Assembly (NCBI RefSeq): GCF_009914755.1
Contig: NC_060928.1
Strand: one strand, 5' to 3'
DNA: 64,000 nucleotides
Source of the DNA: the human T2T-CHM13v2.0 reference genome, Homo sapiens
The position numbers and the translations under genes are program-made. Below the pieces are notes generated by a model. It did not search any database. It saw only the letters and a program-made list of their open reading frames with translations, and was not told the DNA's origin. This document shows, piece by piece, positions 47,709 through 62,800 of this stretch; position 1 is the stretch's first letter; every line of letters starts with the position of its first letter.

Positions 47709-50700
47709 TCAAAAACTTTTAATGGTAAAAAATGTTATTGCTACTTTCACTGTCACTAATTTAGCTAAAATTTTCTAGGAATGAGAACATGGTAAAGGGA
47801 TTAGGAGACAGAATGGAAAAGAAACTGAGTGTGGGAGGCAGGTTTTAGGACTACTCACTAAAGCAGGGATTCACAACTAATATATGTCAATGAATAGCAA
47901 ATAATGATATTGTCTCAATCCAACTGGCAAATCAATTCAACTAAGAATTTTTTTAAAAAAAGAATTAACGAAGGGTAAACTTTTTTAAGTAGGGAGTTTC
48001 CCTTCCTTAAAAAAGTATTTTCCCAGAGGGTAGAATTAATACACATGTATGATAGAAAGTTTAGAAAATTCAGTTAAATATAAAGAGGAAAACAATAATC
48101 ACTCATAATTTTTCCAGCCAGAAATAAATATCATTCCTAACATTTTAGGAATTCAGTATTTAGAATTCCTAAAATAACATTTTAGTTATTCAGTATTTTT
48201 CTACACATATTAAAAGTCACAATTTGGATTGTAACATATAATTGTTTTATGATCTATTTTATTCATATTATGAGCATTTCCATATGATTAGTCATTCATT
48301 TATATCATGAATGTCATGTACGTATTTATTTTTCCAAAATACTTATTTTTGGATCAAAGTTTTCACTATCATAAGTAACACCATGAGCATAATCTTTGTT
48401 CAACCATCTGATCAAAAAGAATAATATGTAAATTCTGAGAAATGCAATTACTAGATAAAACACATTCAAAATTTTGAAATATCTTTTGTTTCTATTTTTG
48501 TTTCCCTGTTTTTTGAAATATACAGGAAGTAAGCGCATTCCTATTCATTTCTGAGATGGCATTTTATACAAATGTTCCAAATAAGTAAACATCTGTAAAA
48601 GACAATTTTCTTGAAATAAACGTGCCTAAAAGGCTTTGCTGCTGAAGTCATTCATTAAAACGAAATGTTGATCATGGTCATTGTGATCAACAAAGAATAA
48701 AGTGAGTTTTCACTAGCAATAGCAGAAAACGAAACTGAACTAAACCTATGTATAATTATATTTTATATCGTACCTGTAATTCGTGCTCGTATTTGTGGAA
48801 TGTACCCGCATATAATGTAATGAACTATTCTGAGAACTATGTAAATACTGCTTCACAATCAGATAAAAACAAGAAATAAATGATATGTTTGCAGAAAGAC
48901 ATTCACATGTTTATATATGTATTTTGAAGCTCGTTTCAAACAGTGGTGAGTTAATATTTCATTAAAAAGCACGCTTTTACCTGATGAGATTTTGTGAGGT
49001 TAAGAAGTGATTATTCTAATGAGGACTCACAAAAGAACATTCTGTCCACACTGAAAATACTTCGTGAGACGAGAGAAGAGAGGAGGAGCACACAGATTTA
49101 ATCCAGAAAAACATCACTTTGCTTCTTCAGCTGACTGAGCTCTTTCAAAACATGACCTCTGCAGCTACCAGCTTCAGTGACACATAGTTAGGCAGGCATA
49201 AGGACCTCAAAGAAGTACCCTTAAAACTCATGTTCCCGCAAAGACAGGAACTTGTCCCAAGTTGGCACATTTTGAAAGACATTTAGTGGGGGTGAGGATA
49301 GGTGCATCATTGCACTCACATGTCTGCAGAGCCTGTGAACTGGAATTAATTATTCATCTTTGGTCTGGCTTGAAGGAAATACTCTACTGTAGCTAGTGTA
49401 AGAACAGCGAATGTAGAAGCACAATTTGTATTAACAACAGACCATTCTGACAGCTTGTGATCTCATAAACCTTCTGACACGCCTGGGCTACTACAAACAT
49501 TCATGTATATTGCCTATATTTCTGCCTGCTTCAGAACTTAATCTGGAGTATATAAAATGCTGTTATCTCCCCAATGGTATATATTCTTAATGAAACTAAG
49601 ATAATATATAGAAGTTCACATTTCAATGATATTTTTCTAGTAGCTACTGATTGCAGTCAATGTAAACCAAGTTATACTTTTATTTATCCAGACGGAATCT
49701 TTAGAGCCGGCTGGCATGTGCAGACAAGAAGCCACTGTGAGGTTTGGGGGTTGTAAGGCTGAGGACAAGAATGAAGCCACAGAGCTCAGGCCTGTCTCTG
49801 CAGGCCAGCACCACCTCCAGCCCTGCAGCTCCATCAAGCTTGGGGTTTCGGGGGTGGGGTGGGGCACTCCAGGAGCTACAAGATGCAAATAACCAAGTGA
49901 GGCAAGATCTGCCTGCGTTATTTCCCAGTGCTTCTAAAGTACTCAACTGTGGACACCTACCCAAGCACTAGTTAGAACCTGTTTAGACATGAGGGCCTCT
50001 AAAGCAAAGACTTTTCTGCAAATTCTCCAAGTAAAATGACCATGTCTGCATCCTGGAAGAATTGAGGCACAGCACAGCAACTGGCAGTAAGATGATCTCT
50101 CTTGAATTCATCCATGTAGGGCAGGGGGAGTCGCTTTAATGGGCATTTCCCCACTCTCTCCTTCAGGGTAGAACAAATGTTATATTAAAGGAGCTTTGGC
50201 TGTTTGCCACTGGTCAGGATGAAGAGACTGAAAAGCTTGTCAATGACTATTCACTTCCCGACTGGTTGCTGCTCATTTTTTACCATGCATACCAAGAGCC
50301 CAACCTCCCATGAAGGAGGACAGTGGGAAAGTAGAGACTTTAATACAGCACTAAGATATATTCACCATCACATTTTCCTGAAATAGAGCTGATTGTATCA
50401 GAGAGGTTTCATTGCACTCCCAAGTAAGAAGACTGAACCAGCTTCTAACTGTTGCTAGTCTAGCAGCAAGTGTTTAAACATTATAAGGTCCTACAAAAAT
50501 CTACCCTCCACTTCACTTTGAAAATCCAGAAAGCTCTCCTATATTTGAATATCAACAAGCCAAATTTCCCATTATTCATAATTCAGTAGGACAGCTGAAG
50601 GCTGCTCAGGGCCTTATAAAACTGTTGTAGACAGCCCTGAATGTCCCCTGCTTCCCACCACCCAGAGCCTGGGATCATGCAAGCTGGGAGAGAAGCTACA

Positions 50701-51022
50701 GAGGTAGTGCCGTGTTTGGTGGAGTGACCTCTGCAGCCTCCCTCCCTCAGAGTGAGAATTTTATGTAATTCTTATCTGCAGTTGGGAATAAAAGAAGTTT
50801 GATTCCTAGACACTGAAATACACGAAAGTTTATCATGCCACCCTTTTCCATCTCTTAGGAGAAATGGAAAAAGAACACTCCAAACCTGGCCACTACCTGA
50901 GGATGTGTAAAGAGGTTTTCTGCAGGCAATTAGACCCCACTACAGTGGAAGCTTGTAGAACATCACACATCGACAGTCTGAAATGCACCACAAGAACTGC
51001 TCGAAGAGTGTGTCACTTTCAC

Positions 51023-51028
51023 ACTTAC
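51023..51028 (-). promoter_or_regulatory. MAML3: 5' splice donor of the MAML3 exon
   Basis: Perfect consensus CAG|GTAAGT on the minus strand (plus strand acttac|ctg). Confidence 0.93.
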
Positions 51029-51155
51029 CTGACCGTGGGATGGAAGTGCAGCGTAAGCCATGGGCTGATTCATCACTCCTTTCTGCTTCATGAGAAGCAG
51101 GCGTTTCTGGTCTTCGCTCAGGTGTGCCCTGGGGGCCTGGAGCTGTGGAGGTGGC

Positions 51156-51211
<56 letters not shown>

Positions 51212-51584
51212 GATATACGGCATCAAGGGGTTTTTGTTGGGGTTGGCCACTGGTGGTGTCATCCTCTGACTCAGGTCTGCATTGAAGTGGGTCAGGGGTT
51301 TAGTGTTGCCATAAGTCAGAATATTGTGCTGTTTGTTTAAGGAGTTTGTACCCAAGTTATTTGGCTGCTGATTGATCATATTCATGTGATTCTGAGGGAG
51401 GTAGTTATTCATTGTTGTCTTCTGCAGGTTGTTTGCCATTGGAGGCACTATAGGGTTTTGGTTGTTAAAGGCTTGGGGGTACATCATTGGGCTATTTGGT
51501 TTTTCTGCAGTAAAAGCTGCTCCATATGGACTAGAGGGAGGTCCTAAGGGAGACCAATTTGAAGTCTGATTTGAGTGCTGTTGC

Positions 51585-51625
<41 letters not shown>

Positions 51626-52627
51626 CTGTTGCTGTTGCTGTTTCTGCTGCATGAGTTTGGCCCTTTGTTGCTGCTGTGCAGCCATCTGTTTGAGCTGTTC
51701 TGCTGGAGACATGTCAGAGCTGGGCACAGCCACAGGCCCTGACGCTGAACCGGCCACTGTCACTGCTGCCGGATTCAGGAGATAACCATTTCCAGGCCGA
51801 GGTGGAGCTTGGCCTGGAGTGTGGGCTTGGTTTGGAGTTTGAGGGGACTGGACAGCACAGTTTGCTGGTGAGCTTGCAGGGTTTGGAGCTGCGGGAGTGC
51901 TGGCAACAGAAGGTAAACTAGTGGCCGTGGAGACAGTAGAAAAGGGAGGACCAGAAGAAGAAGGCCTCGCCTGGGGAGATCCCATGGAGACATGTGCGAA
52001 GGGAGAGTGAGAGGGGTCGCTCTTCACGCTCGCACTCTCCTGGGAGAGAGGGGTCTCAGTTGCTGGCTGCGAGAATTCTGGCTCCTTCTTCTCTTCAAAG
52101 TCTTCGTTGAACAGGTCCTGTATGTCATCCTCAGGAACCGTGTTGGCCAATTCATCTATTAATTCTTGCCACTCCTGATCATTCAGATTAATGTCTGAGA
52201 ACAGCTTGTTCTGATTTGAAAGAGATGTTTCTGATGTGTCTATGCAAGTAGGGTCATCGAGAGGTTCTTGTTTGAGGTCTTTGCTCTGCAAGATGGTGAA
52301 GCTATCCTCCAGGTCACTGCAACCGTTGACAGGAAGTTTAATCTCAGGGAGCCTACCATTCTTACTTAGATCTTCTAGAAGCCCAGGAGTGTGAGTTCCA
52401 CTGTTCTGCAAGGGCAAAGAAGGTTTCAGGTCAAGTTGGTGAAGAGGAGAAGCTGAAGGCAGTGGCATGTTACTGGGCAAATTGTTGATGGCTTCCATCC
52501 CCGCAGAAATGTCCTTTCGAATTCGTTTGCTAGTCGGAGAAAAATTCCCATCACAAGCACCATTCTGCTGGTCTCCATTAAGTGGTGATCGAGCTCCTTC
52601 CAACTTCCTTTTCACAGTCTCTTGTAG
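51029..52627 (-). CDS. MAML3: Mastermind-like transcriptional coactivator 3, large internal coding exon (exon 2), 1599 nt = 533 codons, LQETVKRKLEG...ALPSHGQ
   Basis: Inside the 550-aa ORF 50963-52615. Minus-strand acceptor ...tcctgtttcttttccag|CTACAAGAG and donor GGTCAG|gtaagt. Contains the Mastermind-family acidic motif DINLNDQEWQELIDELANTVPEDDIQDLFNEDFEEKKE, basic KRKL/KRIRK motifs, an LKQE SUMO-type motif and two polyQ tracts. Sequence recognised as MAML3; exon number comes from recalled gene structure. Confidence 0.96.
51158..51211 (-). repeat. MAML3: Coding CAG/CAA repeat, Q18
   Basis: Minus strand: (CAG)3 CAA (CAG)3 CAA CAG CAA (CAG)8, followed by PPPP. Confidence 0.95.
51578..51640 (-). 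repeat. MAML3: Coding CAG/CAA repeat, Q21
   Basis: Minus strand: CAG CAA CAG CAA (CAG)8 CAA (CAG)6 CAA CAG. Confidence 0.95.
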
Positions 52628-52660
52628 CTGGAAAAGAAACAGGAAAGAGGATGACTAAAC
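52628..52660 (-). promoter_or_regulatory. MAML3: 3' splice site (polypyrimidine tract + AG) of the MAML3 exon
   Basis: Minus strand reads gtcatcctctttcctgtttcttttccag; the AG is at 52629-52628. Confidence 0.93.
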
Positions 52661-52941
52661 CTCCAAGTCATATTTTACTCTTTAAGGATTGAGATGTGCA
52701 TTGCGATGAACTAACTTTTAAGTGGTTTACGACACACAGGAAAGAAGTCATACTTATAATTTCAAAATCAGGCAACGCTGCAATTCAAATTGTATGGGAA
52801 AAGGTTTTATCTAAAAGCAGAGCTCACAGGGCTAAGAGATAGAAAACAAACAAAAGATTGAAGGGTGGGAAACAAAAGAAAAGAGATAGTTAATAAGGGC
52901 AATACTCTCAGCAAGGAAGAATAATCTGTTATTATTTTCTT

Positions 52942-53230
52942 TCTTTTTTTGTTTTTGAGATGGAGTCTTGCTCTGTTGCCCAGGCTGGAGTGCAGTGGTG
53001 CTCTCTTGGTTCACTGAGACCTTCACCTCCCAGGTTCAAGCGATTCTGCTGCCTCAGCCTCCAGAGTAGCTAGGATACAGGCACGCGTCACCATGCCTGG
53101 CTAATTTTTGTATTTTTTGTAGAGATGGGGTTTCACCCTGTTGGCTAGGCTGATCTGGAACTCCTGGCCTCAAGTGATCAGCCTGCCTCAGCCTTCCTAA
53201 GTGCTGGGATTACAGGTGTGAGCCACCATG
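52942..53230 (-). mobile_element. Alu (AluS-like), about 315 nt from the exon acceptor
   Basis: Reverse Alu body. Confidence 0.92.
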
Positions 53231-53489
53231 AATGCTAGACATGAGACTTGGACCAAAATGTAACATACTTGAAAACGATGTTAATACCTATCCTAAATTC
53301 TTGCCACAACTTAAATGAGAACATCAAGGAATTAAATCAACATTTAAAAAAAATGCTAAAATAAAAACTTCTAAGAATATGGAATTTAACACATGTACTA
53401 AATAGCATAGAATTGAAAGTTAATGTTTAATGCAATCCCAAACTTACTTTAAGTTCTTATGTGACCTCACCTTTCAGAACCTTTTGATA

Positions 53490-55225
<1,736 letters not shown>

Positions 55226-55885
55226 TTCTATTGTCTAATTCACAGGGCTAAGAGAAGAGTTTGAATCTGAGCAGGAGGCAGCCCCATTGACCATAAGGAA
55301 TGCCTGATTCCAGCCTCTACATTCCTGGTTTTGGGAGTGATAGATCTCTTACCCTAAAGAGTGTTATCCACTTAACTGGACTCATTTTAAAAGTCCAGTT
55401 ACGAAGTCTTGCTAACTCTATGGACTTATCAATTATAAACCTAACTCATCTGTGTGCTGCTTTCCTTTCTGTCAGAAAGGGCCAGTGCATGTGGCCGTGG
55501 TGAAAGAGCTTGGCATAGAATAGCTACTGGGGAGATGCTTGCTGAGTGACAGAGGGGCAACTGGGAGGGGTTAGAAGGGTTTCAGTGACTTTACATAGTT
55601 GCAGGCAGAAGACAGAATGACAGGGTAGGAGAGAAAAGGCTTAGTGGTCTTTCCACTCGGGTACTCTCTTATTCTTGGCAAGGTGCCGTGTATTACAGAA
55701 CCAATGCAAGAGAGGGGGAGGATTCCCTCTGCCCCTGACACCTGAACACTCACATGTGAAACTGCCAGGCCTCTAGAGGAGCACCATGGATAATAAAACT
55801 AATGTGCAGATGCGGTAAAGTTCACAAAGTGTCATTTTACTGCTAGGTGCTTTTTCATAAGTAGATGATTATATTTGAAAAGTAT

Positions 55886-56255
<370 letters not shown>

Positions 56256-58256
56256 CTAACCCTTGTTCCTAAATCTTATATTTTTACAACATCAAACACA
56301 GCCCATAGTCATTTGATAGAGACCCTCGAACTGCTCAACACAAGGCCCTAACGGGAACATGTTAGAATTTGACGGAAAAAAAAAATACTGGCTCAACTCA
56401 TTGTATTACACAGAAACTGCTAGAAAATGATATTATTTATTGGACAAGGCAAGATACCATGGTTTTGATCAGAAGTATGGAAGATACTTGAACATAGCTC
56501 CAAACATAGCAGCATGATCAAATATCACAGCTTTAGGACTTAAAGGAAATGAAGGTTAGGGCTTTTGGCACCTCCTGGAGTGATGTTAACCTTCAAAACA
56601 TAAGCATTTGTCTTAACAATGAACTGACTCGATTTTAGAAAGTCCAAGTCCATGACTCTGTTCCAGGTCGTGCAATGAATGGAGCAGGACAGAGAAGGAA
56701 ACGAAGCTGGTCCATTTGTTTCTCTGTAAAATGGTGGTGGCCAAGACCATACAGTCAGGCAGTTCTGGCTGGAAACCCAAGTTTCACCTCTTACGGCTGA
56801 GTGAGCAGCTGGGTGAGGCAGTACAGTGAGAATTAGAGAAACAGGAGCACTGGCTCTGGAGTTAGAAAGCTTGAGTTCAAATCCAACATCACCTACCTAG
56901 GAGCCAATACATATCAATATTGTCTGGTTCTTAAGAAATGTTGGCTATGATACCTTCCATTAGAATATAAGTTACATGAAGGCAGGGGTTCTTCCATTTT
57001 GTTTCCAGTAGCTCAGAATAGACAATAAATACATGTTGAATAAATGAATCCTGGAAAACTTATTTAACCTCTCCTAAGCCTTGGTTTCCTTACCTGCAAA
57101 GTGGGTCAATAATATCTAGCTCACAGAGTTACCGTGAGTCTGAGGTTAAATGAAATAATGTAGGGAGCACTTAGCCTCACACCTGATACCAGTAAACACC
57201 CACTAAGTCTTAGCTTTACCATTTTCAAAATTCAGTGATACAAATAGTTACAACTGCAACTGAGAAGGAATGCTTACTGGATCTTCAAAACACAAATAGG
57301 TAGGGTATTTCTGTTCTCTAGCCAGCAAAACCCTAATGTTTTCCAAGCATCTGATGTAGCTTTTTTAATATGAACAACAAAAATCAAATTTGCAATTCAA
57401 GTCCAAGTGCTAATGCATTCATGTCCTAGATTGTAGAACAGCAGAGGCTAGATCGTTGAGGTTCGAATCAAATACATTTTCAGCATGCCACCTGATTGGA
57501 GCCTCCGAGTGTTCCCTTTCCTCCAGGGCCTAAAGTTCTCCACTGCATGCCCCTTTAACCCAAATCTTGATTTATATATTTCATGTATCTGCATTTTGGA
57601 ATATAAGAAAGACATTATCGAAGATGCTGTGCTATAATTTTTATGTTTTGTTTTGTTATGTCCAAAATAGCAGAGCAATCTTAGCATCCCTTCTGTCTGC
57701 CTCATCATCCTTTGCTATATGGAAAGGTGGTCTGGGAGTCTAATTCTCTTTATGTTCCTCATGGGAGACAGAGGGAGGCGGAGAGGGAGACACAGAGCCA
57801 GCTATGTGGCTGAGAAGGCTGATTCACAAGCTCCCTGCTCAGAGAACATGGGAATGCCTGGCTGCGCACAGGGAAATGTCCCTGTGACTTTCCTCTCCTC
57901 AAGACTCAGGGCAGAGTCTCATCCCAAATAGCCTTATCTTAGGAAGTCCCTGGCCCTTCTGCCTCGCAAAGCCCGAAGCCTCTTAGTATGACTGCACCCT
58001 CGTGGAAGAATCACAGAAACTCTTTCCTGAGCATCAGCCTCCTTGCTCTTGTATTACTATTATTACATATAAATGTTTTCTCCCATTAGGTGAAGCTGTG
58101 GTGCCAGGAGCTGAAGTATGCTGTTCATCCAATGCCTATGACAATATGGGCTGCTATCATGTGTCAATTACTCTGAAGGAAACAATTCATCTTCCATAAT
58201 GGCTCCAGCGCAAGTCCCTCATTTAGTGTGGCTTGATGGCTTGTTTCTGTGAAACT

Positions 58257-58257
<1 letters not shown>

Positions 58258-58291
<34 letters not shown>

Positions 58292-58362
58292 TATGTGGTG
58301 TGTGTGTGAGAGAGAGAGAGAGAGAAAGACAGACAGTGAAACTGAGAGGCAGAGAGAGACAG
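58258..58362. repeat. Compound (TG)n-(GA)n microsatellite
   Basis: About 16 TG units, then degenerate TG, then a GA run. Confidence 0.92.
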
Positions 58363-59099
58363 AATGGGGAGTGGGAGGGTTGTGCATTATGTCCAAACCA
58401 GTAGTAATAAGAATAGCTGTGCCTTTGGAATTACAAAGAACTTTCACACAGAATCATATTTTATCCTCACCACAAACCTGTGGGGCAGGCTATGTGCTGG
58501 CTGGATGGTTCTACAGGGAAAGGGGCAGTGTTTTGGAGAGGGTGTGGTGGGCGAGGGTGCATGACACCCACAGCAAGGAGGAGCATGGCTAAGATTACCA
58601 GGCCTCTGCTGACACGGGGGCCCCCAATCCTAGCAGATTCTTGAGGTGTTCCATGGGCCAGAGTGTCCATGACAAAGAGGTCTTTTATTCCATTAGACTT
58701 TTAGCAGTGCTGGCAAGTCAGATAAACTCTTACTGTCCTGTCCCTGATTTTGCACGAAGTTGGGCAGGATCACAGAGCTTGGGAATAAAGATAGTGATGC
58801 TACTATTAATAATGAAGATTCTAAGATGGAAGACATCCAATTTCTAATGTCCAACTCTAGTAAACCACCATATTCCTTCTCTCCTGCTCCCAATGATTCT
58901 AAAAGATAGGTTTTATTACAATCATCTTGCAGAGGCATCGTGGGTTAAGCAGTGTGTCTGAAATTACAGAACTCAGGGGGCTGGGCAGAAGATGGCTAAA
59001 CCCAGATTCAAATTCAAACTCAGGTCTGACTCCTCCATAAGCCACACTGCACCCTCATCCAGGACTGGACGAAGCACAGTCATGCCCTCATCAAAGGCA

Positions 59100-59822
59100 T
59101 GGGGTTCTGATGCCACCTGTGATATGCTTTCTCAGATTGTGCTTTCGGGGATCTTCCTTGGTTCCAGCATTTCCCCACCAACCATACCCAATTAAACCTC
59201 AAGAACTATCCATTCTATGAATTTTAGTCTCATCTTCCGCCCACAATGCCACTACCCCATTCAGAGTCTCAATATGTCTCTCATGAATTTCTGTAGCAGC
59301 TCCTGACCAGCCTCAGTCTCGCCACCTCCAACCCATTCTCTGCATCGTGGCTGTGGTTTTCTCCATACATTGTGAATCTGATCATGCCCGTTCTTCACTT
59401 TAAGCTTTTCTAAAGCTGTCCACCATCTTCAGCATCATTCAGGTCTGGCACACAGGCCTTCTGACTGGATCCTCATCCCAGCTAAACTCTCCAGGCTTAG
59501 CCATTACCTCTCATCTTCCCCCACTTACCCCGCAACCCCACTCAACTCCAAACTTTCAGCTATGCTTAATTATTTGCAGTTCCCAGGACATACCACATTT
59601 GTTTTCTCTCTTTCTGAGCCTTTGCATATTTTACACTTAACCAACTTCTTCACCTGACCAATTCTATGTGTCCTTTACAATTCAGTTTAGACATTACCTA
59701 CTCCACAGTCTCTCTTGACAGCCATTTCCTACAACTCCTGATGTTGGTTAAGAGACCCTCCATGACATTCTAATTCATATCACACTATAACTATTTTCCT
59801 TCATGGATGAATGAATGAATGC
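59100..59822. mobile_element. L2 LINE 3' fragment
   Basis: Pyrimidine-rich L2-like sequence ending in atgaatgaatgaat. Confidence 0.6.
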
Positions 59823-62800
59823 TAAAAAGAGCTCTCAAATAACCACAATGAGTTAGTGTAATTGATCCCCAAAGCAGGCTCTTGAAAATGTTGGACTGCA
59901 TAGTGTTCTCAGAATAAACGTATAATTTCTGTTGGTTAGTTTAAAATACTGAAAATGGACTATCTCCTTAATATTTTTGAGGACTCTAAGGGTCCAGGGA
60001 ATCCCTGATGAGAACCACTAGAGAACATACGAAGTGATTTGTGGAAAAGAAAACTGAAACTGAAATCCAGAGACTTTAAGCGACATTACCATGGTCACAT
60101 GTTTTCACATGAATGTAAACCCCAAACGCTGCTTATTTTCAGACTTGAATTTTAAATTTCCATACAAAGGCTTCAAGTGGTTCTCACCCACTATAGCAGC
60201 CTCTTCAACCAAAAGTGTGAGTGAGCTTCCTTCACCAGCTGGTAGAGACACAAGTCTTTCCCAAGGCTTGAAGATAAGAGAGTCTTAGCTTGCAGATGCT
60301 ATAACTAGTTTAGAGGCTCAAAGAGAACATTTTGGTCATTTTGATCTGTTCTGGTCAAACTAGAAGATGATTCACTGGAATCAATTATCACATGCTTATT
60401 CTCTTTCCATTCTACCAGCAGGTAATAAGCCTATGAACACATGGATGAATTTGACCTGCTTATGTAATGAATGACCCAGAATACTCATGTGCTAGATATT
60501 TTAATGAGTAGAATAGGAAGAGTGCGCAAAACATTTCCAGAACTGTCTTCTAGATTTAAGTGCCCTTAGAAAGGATCTTGAGCGTTATTTAGAGGTTTGA
60601 TTTTCTTTAGTAATTTTCCAACTTTAATGTAACTAGTGACCTGAGAACCTGTTAAAAATGCAGATTTCTTGATCCCACCTTCATAGTTTCTAATTAAGTA
60701 GCCCAGATTGGGACACAAGGTGGGGGCACAGGTATCTAAAGAAACTGAATAAAAACCTGATTCTTCCGGGGCTGTTGGCCTAGGATTCCCCAGGTTTTAG
60801 AAATTCTGATCTAGATTAATAATTCTGTTGGATTCTGACACTGTGAGGTTGGTGGTGTGATTTTTTTAAGTATGCATACACATACAAATCCAATGTCACT
60901 ACAAAATGTTCCTGAGTTGATTGGTGATACTCTGGGGGCTCTCATAAACAGAACTAAGAAACAGTGCTCTAGATGGGGCTTTTTGAAACCTTAGAGGATT
61001 CTGAATTCTGCAGAAGCTTGCTGGATTTCTAGAATATTTTTCATAAAAATGTGTATTTTTAAAAACATTTTAGGTTTCTCTGAGCACAGTAATATCCCTG
61101 ACCATTTCCCCCTCCACATTATATATTTCCCTTCACTTTCATTCAGTGAACTGAGGGGTGCTCTGTGTCTGCGTGTCGGGCTCTGCGCCAGGTGCCAAAG
61201 GCTCAACTCACTCCCCAGAGCAAAGTCTATGCCAAAAAGTGACCACATGCCACACATATGTTGAAAAAAGTTGGATACATTTGTTTTAGAGAGATCTATG
61301 TGCAGGGCAGACTAACAGGAAAAGAAAAAGAAAAATCTTATTACAACTCCCGAAGCCTCCCTTGGTAATCTTATAGACTCCTAACATTACTTAGACAGAA
61401 AACAACTTTACTCTCTATGAGTAAATGAATTTGAATTTTAAAATTATGTATATAATCTGTATATATCACATATAATATTGCCATAAGAGCCAAGTGTTTA
61501 AAACCTCTGCTTTCGACCATCCCAGAATGCGGCTTCCCTGTACCTGTTCAGTGGGAAATGCTGGATCTCTGGAGGGGGTGTCAGCCGTAAGCAGTTAAAA
61601 ATCTCCATTCTGAAATCCTCCAGGAAGAAAAGGATCCTCTTTAAAGGGGCCTCACCCTCTTAGTGGGCATCTGAAATAATAGCTGCAGAGTCCCAGGGGA
61701 CTACGGGGGCACCGCGGAGCCCCCAGCCCAGGGGGACAGAACCACTCAAAACATTTTAAGGTACTTTGAGGTTATTTTTAGAAATGACCATGATCTTTTT
61801 TCTTTCTGCTATGGGTCACATTTAAAACTCTATTCCCAAAAAGTCTTGGAAGTACATAAGGCTGATGGTGCCTCTTTTCAATGTTTGGAACATGAGCGCC
61901 CATCCAATTCCAGCTGTAAGTGCTAAAGCAACATCCTGATTTACTGACTCTTTAAAAATATTTTAAATCTTTTTTGGGGGTGTGGCTGAATCTTTAGGTA
62001 TGTTTTTATCCTTTAATTATGCTTAAACATGTAATAAGTACCAACTGAATGCACAACAACATATTGGGAATGGATCGTAAAACATCAGGAGCAGTGGCAG
62101 CCGAAGTCCTCCACATTTAGAAACTCTAAGTTCCAAGATCCCCTCAAATCTCCAAATTTCCAAATACATAAATGTTTTTACAGGCTCCTGGCTTTCTCCC
62201 AGTGGAATGAATAAATTATATTTTCATCACAAGTCACAGGAATCCTGTGTAGTCTCTGTATCCGAAGTTATAAAGTTTTTCACAAACTCTATACGTGCAG
62301 TTTAAACTGGTGTTAACAAAATTATCAACTACTCATTAAAAGCAAGACTGTTATCTTTGCAAATGCTAAGGCCATATGATTTTCAAATCTCACGTAGTTT
62401 TCAGTAGAATGCTCTAAACTTCTAAGTTTTTATCACAGAAGTTGACTCACTGCTTACTAAATGTTTCAATATATTATTGTCATACAATATTCTAATTGAC
62501 TGAGAGCTAACCAGCCAGGCATTGAGCTAAGTGCTTTACATATCTTACCTCGATTAACCCTCACAATAACTTAAAGGACAGGAATGGGTTCAGAGAGGAC
62601 AGGTAGTTTGTCCTAGGGCACACAGCACAGCCCTACTCAGTTATGCCTGCCTCTCAAATCTATGCTCTCACCTACTCTGCTATTTTGCATCTGATGACTT
62701 CTGTCCCAATCAAACTGCAGCAAACCTGCTTAGAAATTCTGGGAAAGTGTTTTAGACACCTGTGTCATGACGCTCTAAAGGGGATGTGTTCATGTCTTTG

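Noticed and set aside
50963-52615. The 550-aa ORF as a complete single-exon gene
   Set aside because: It starts at a GTG inside the exon and runs past a perfect donor; splice signals define 51029-52627 as an internal exon.
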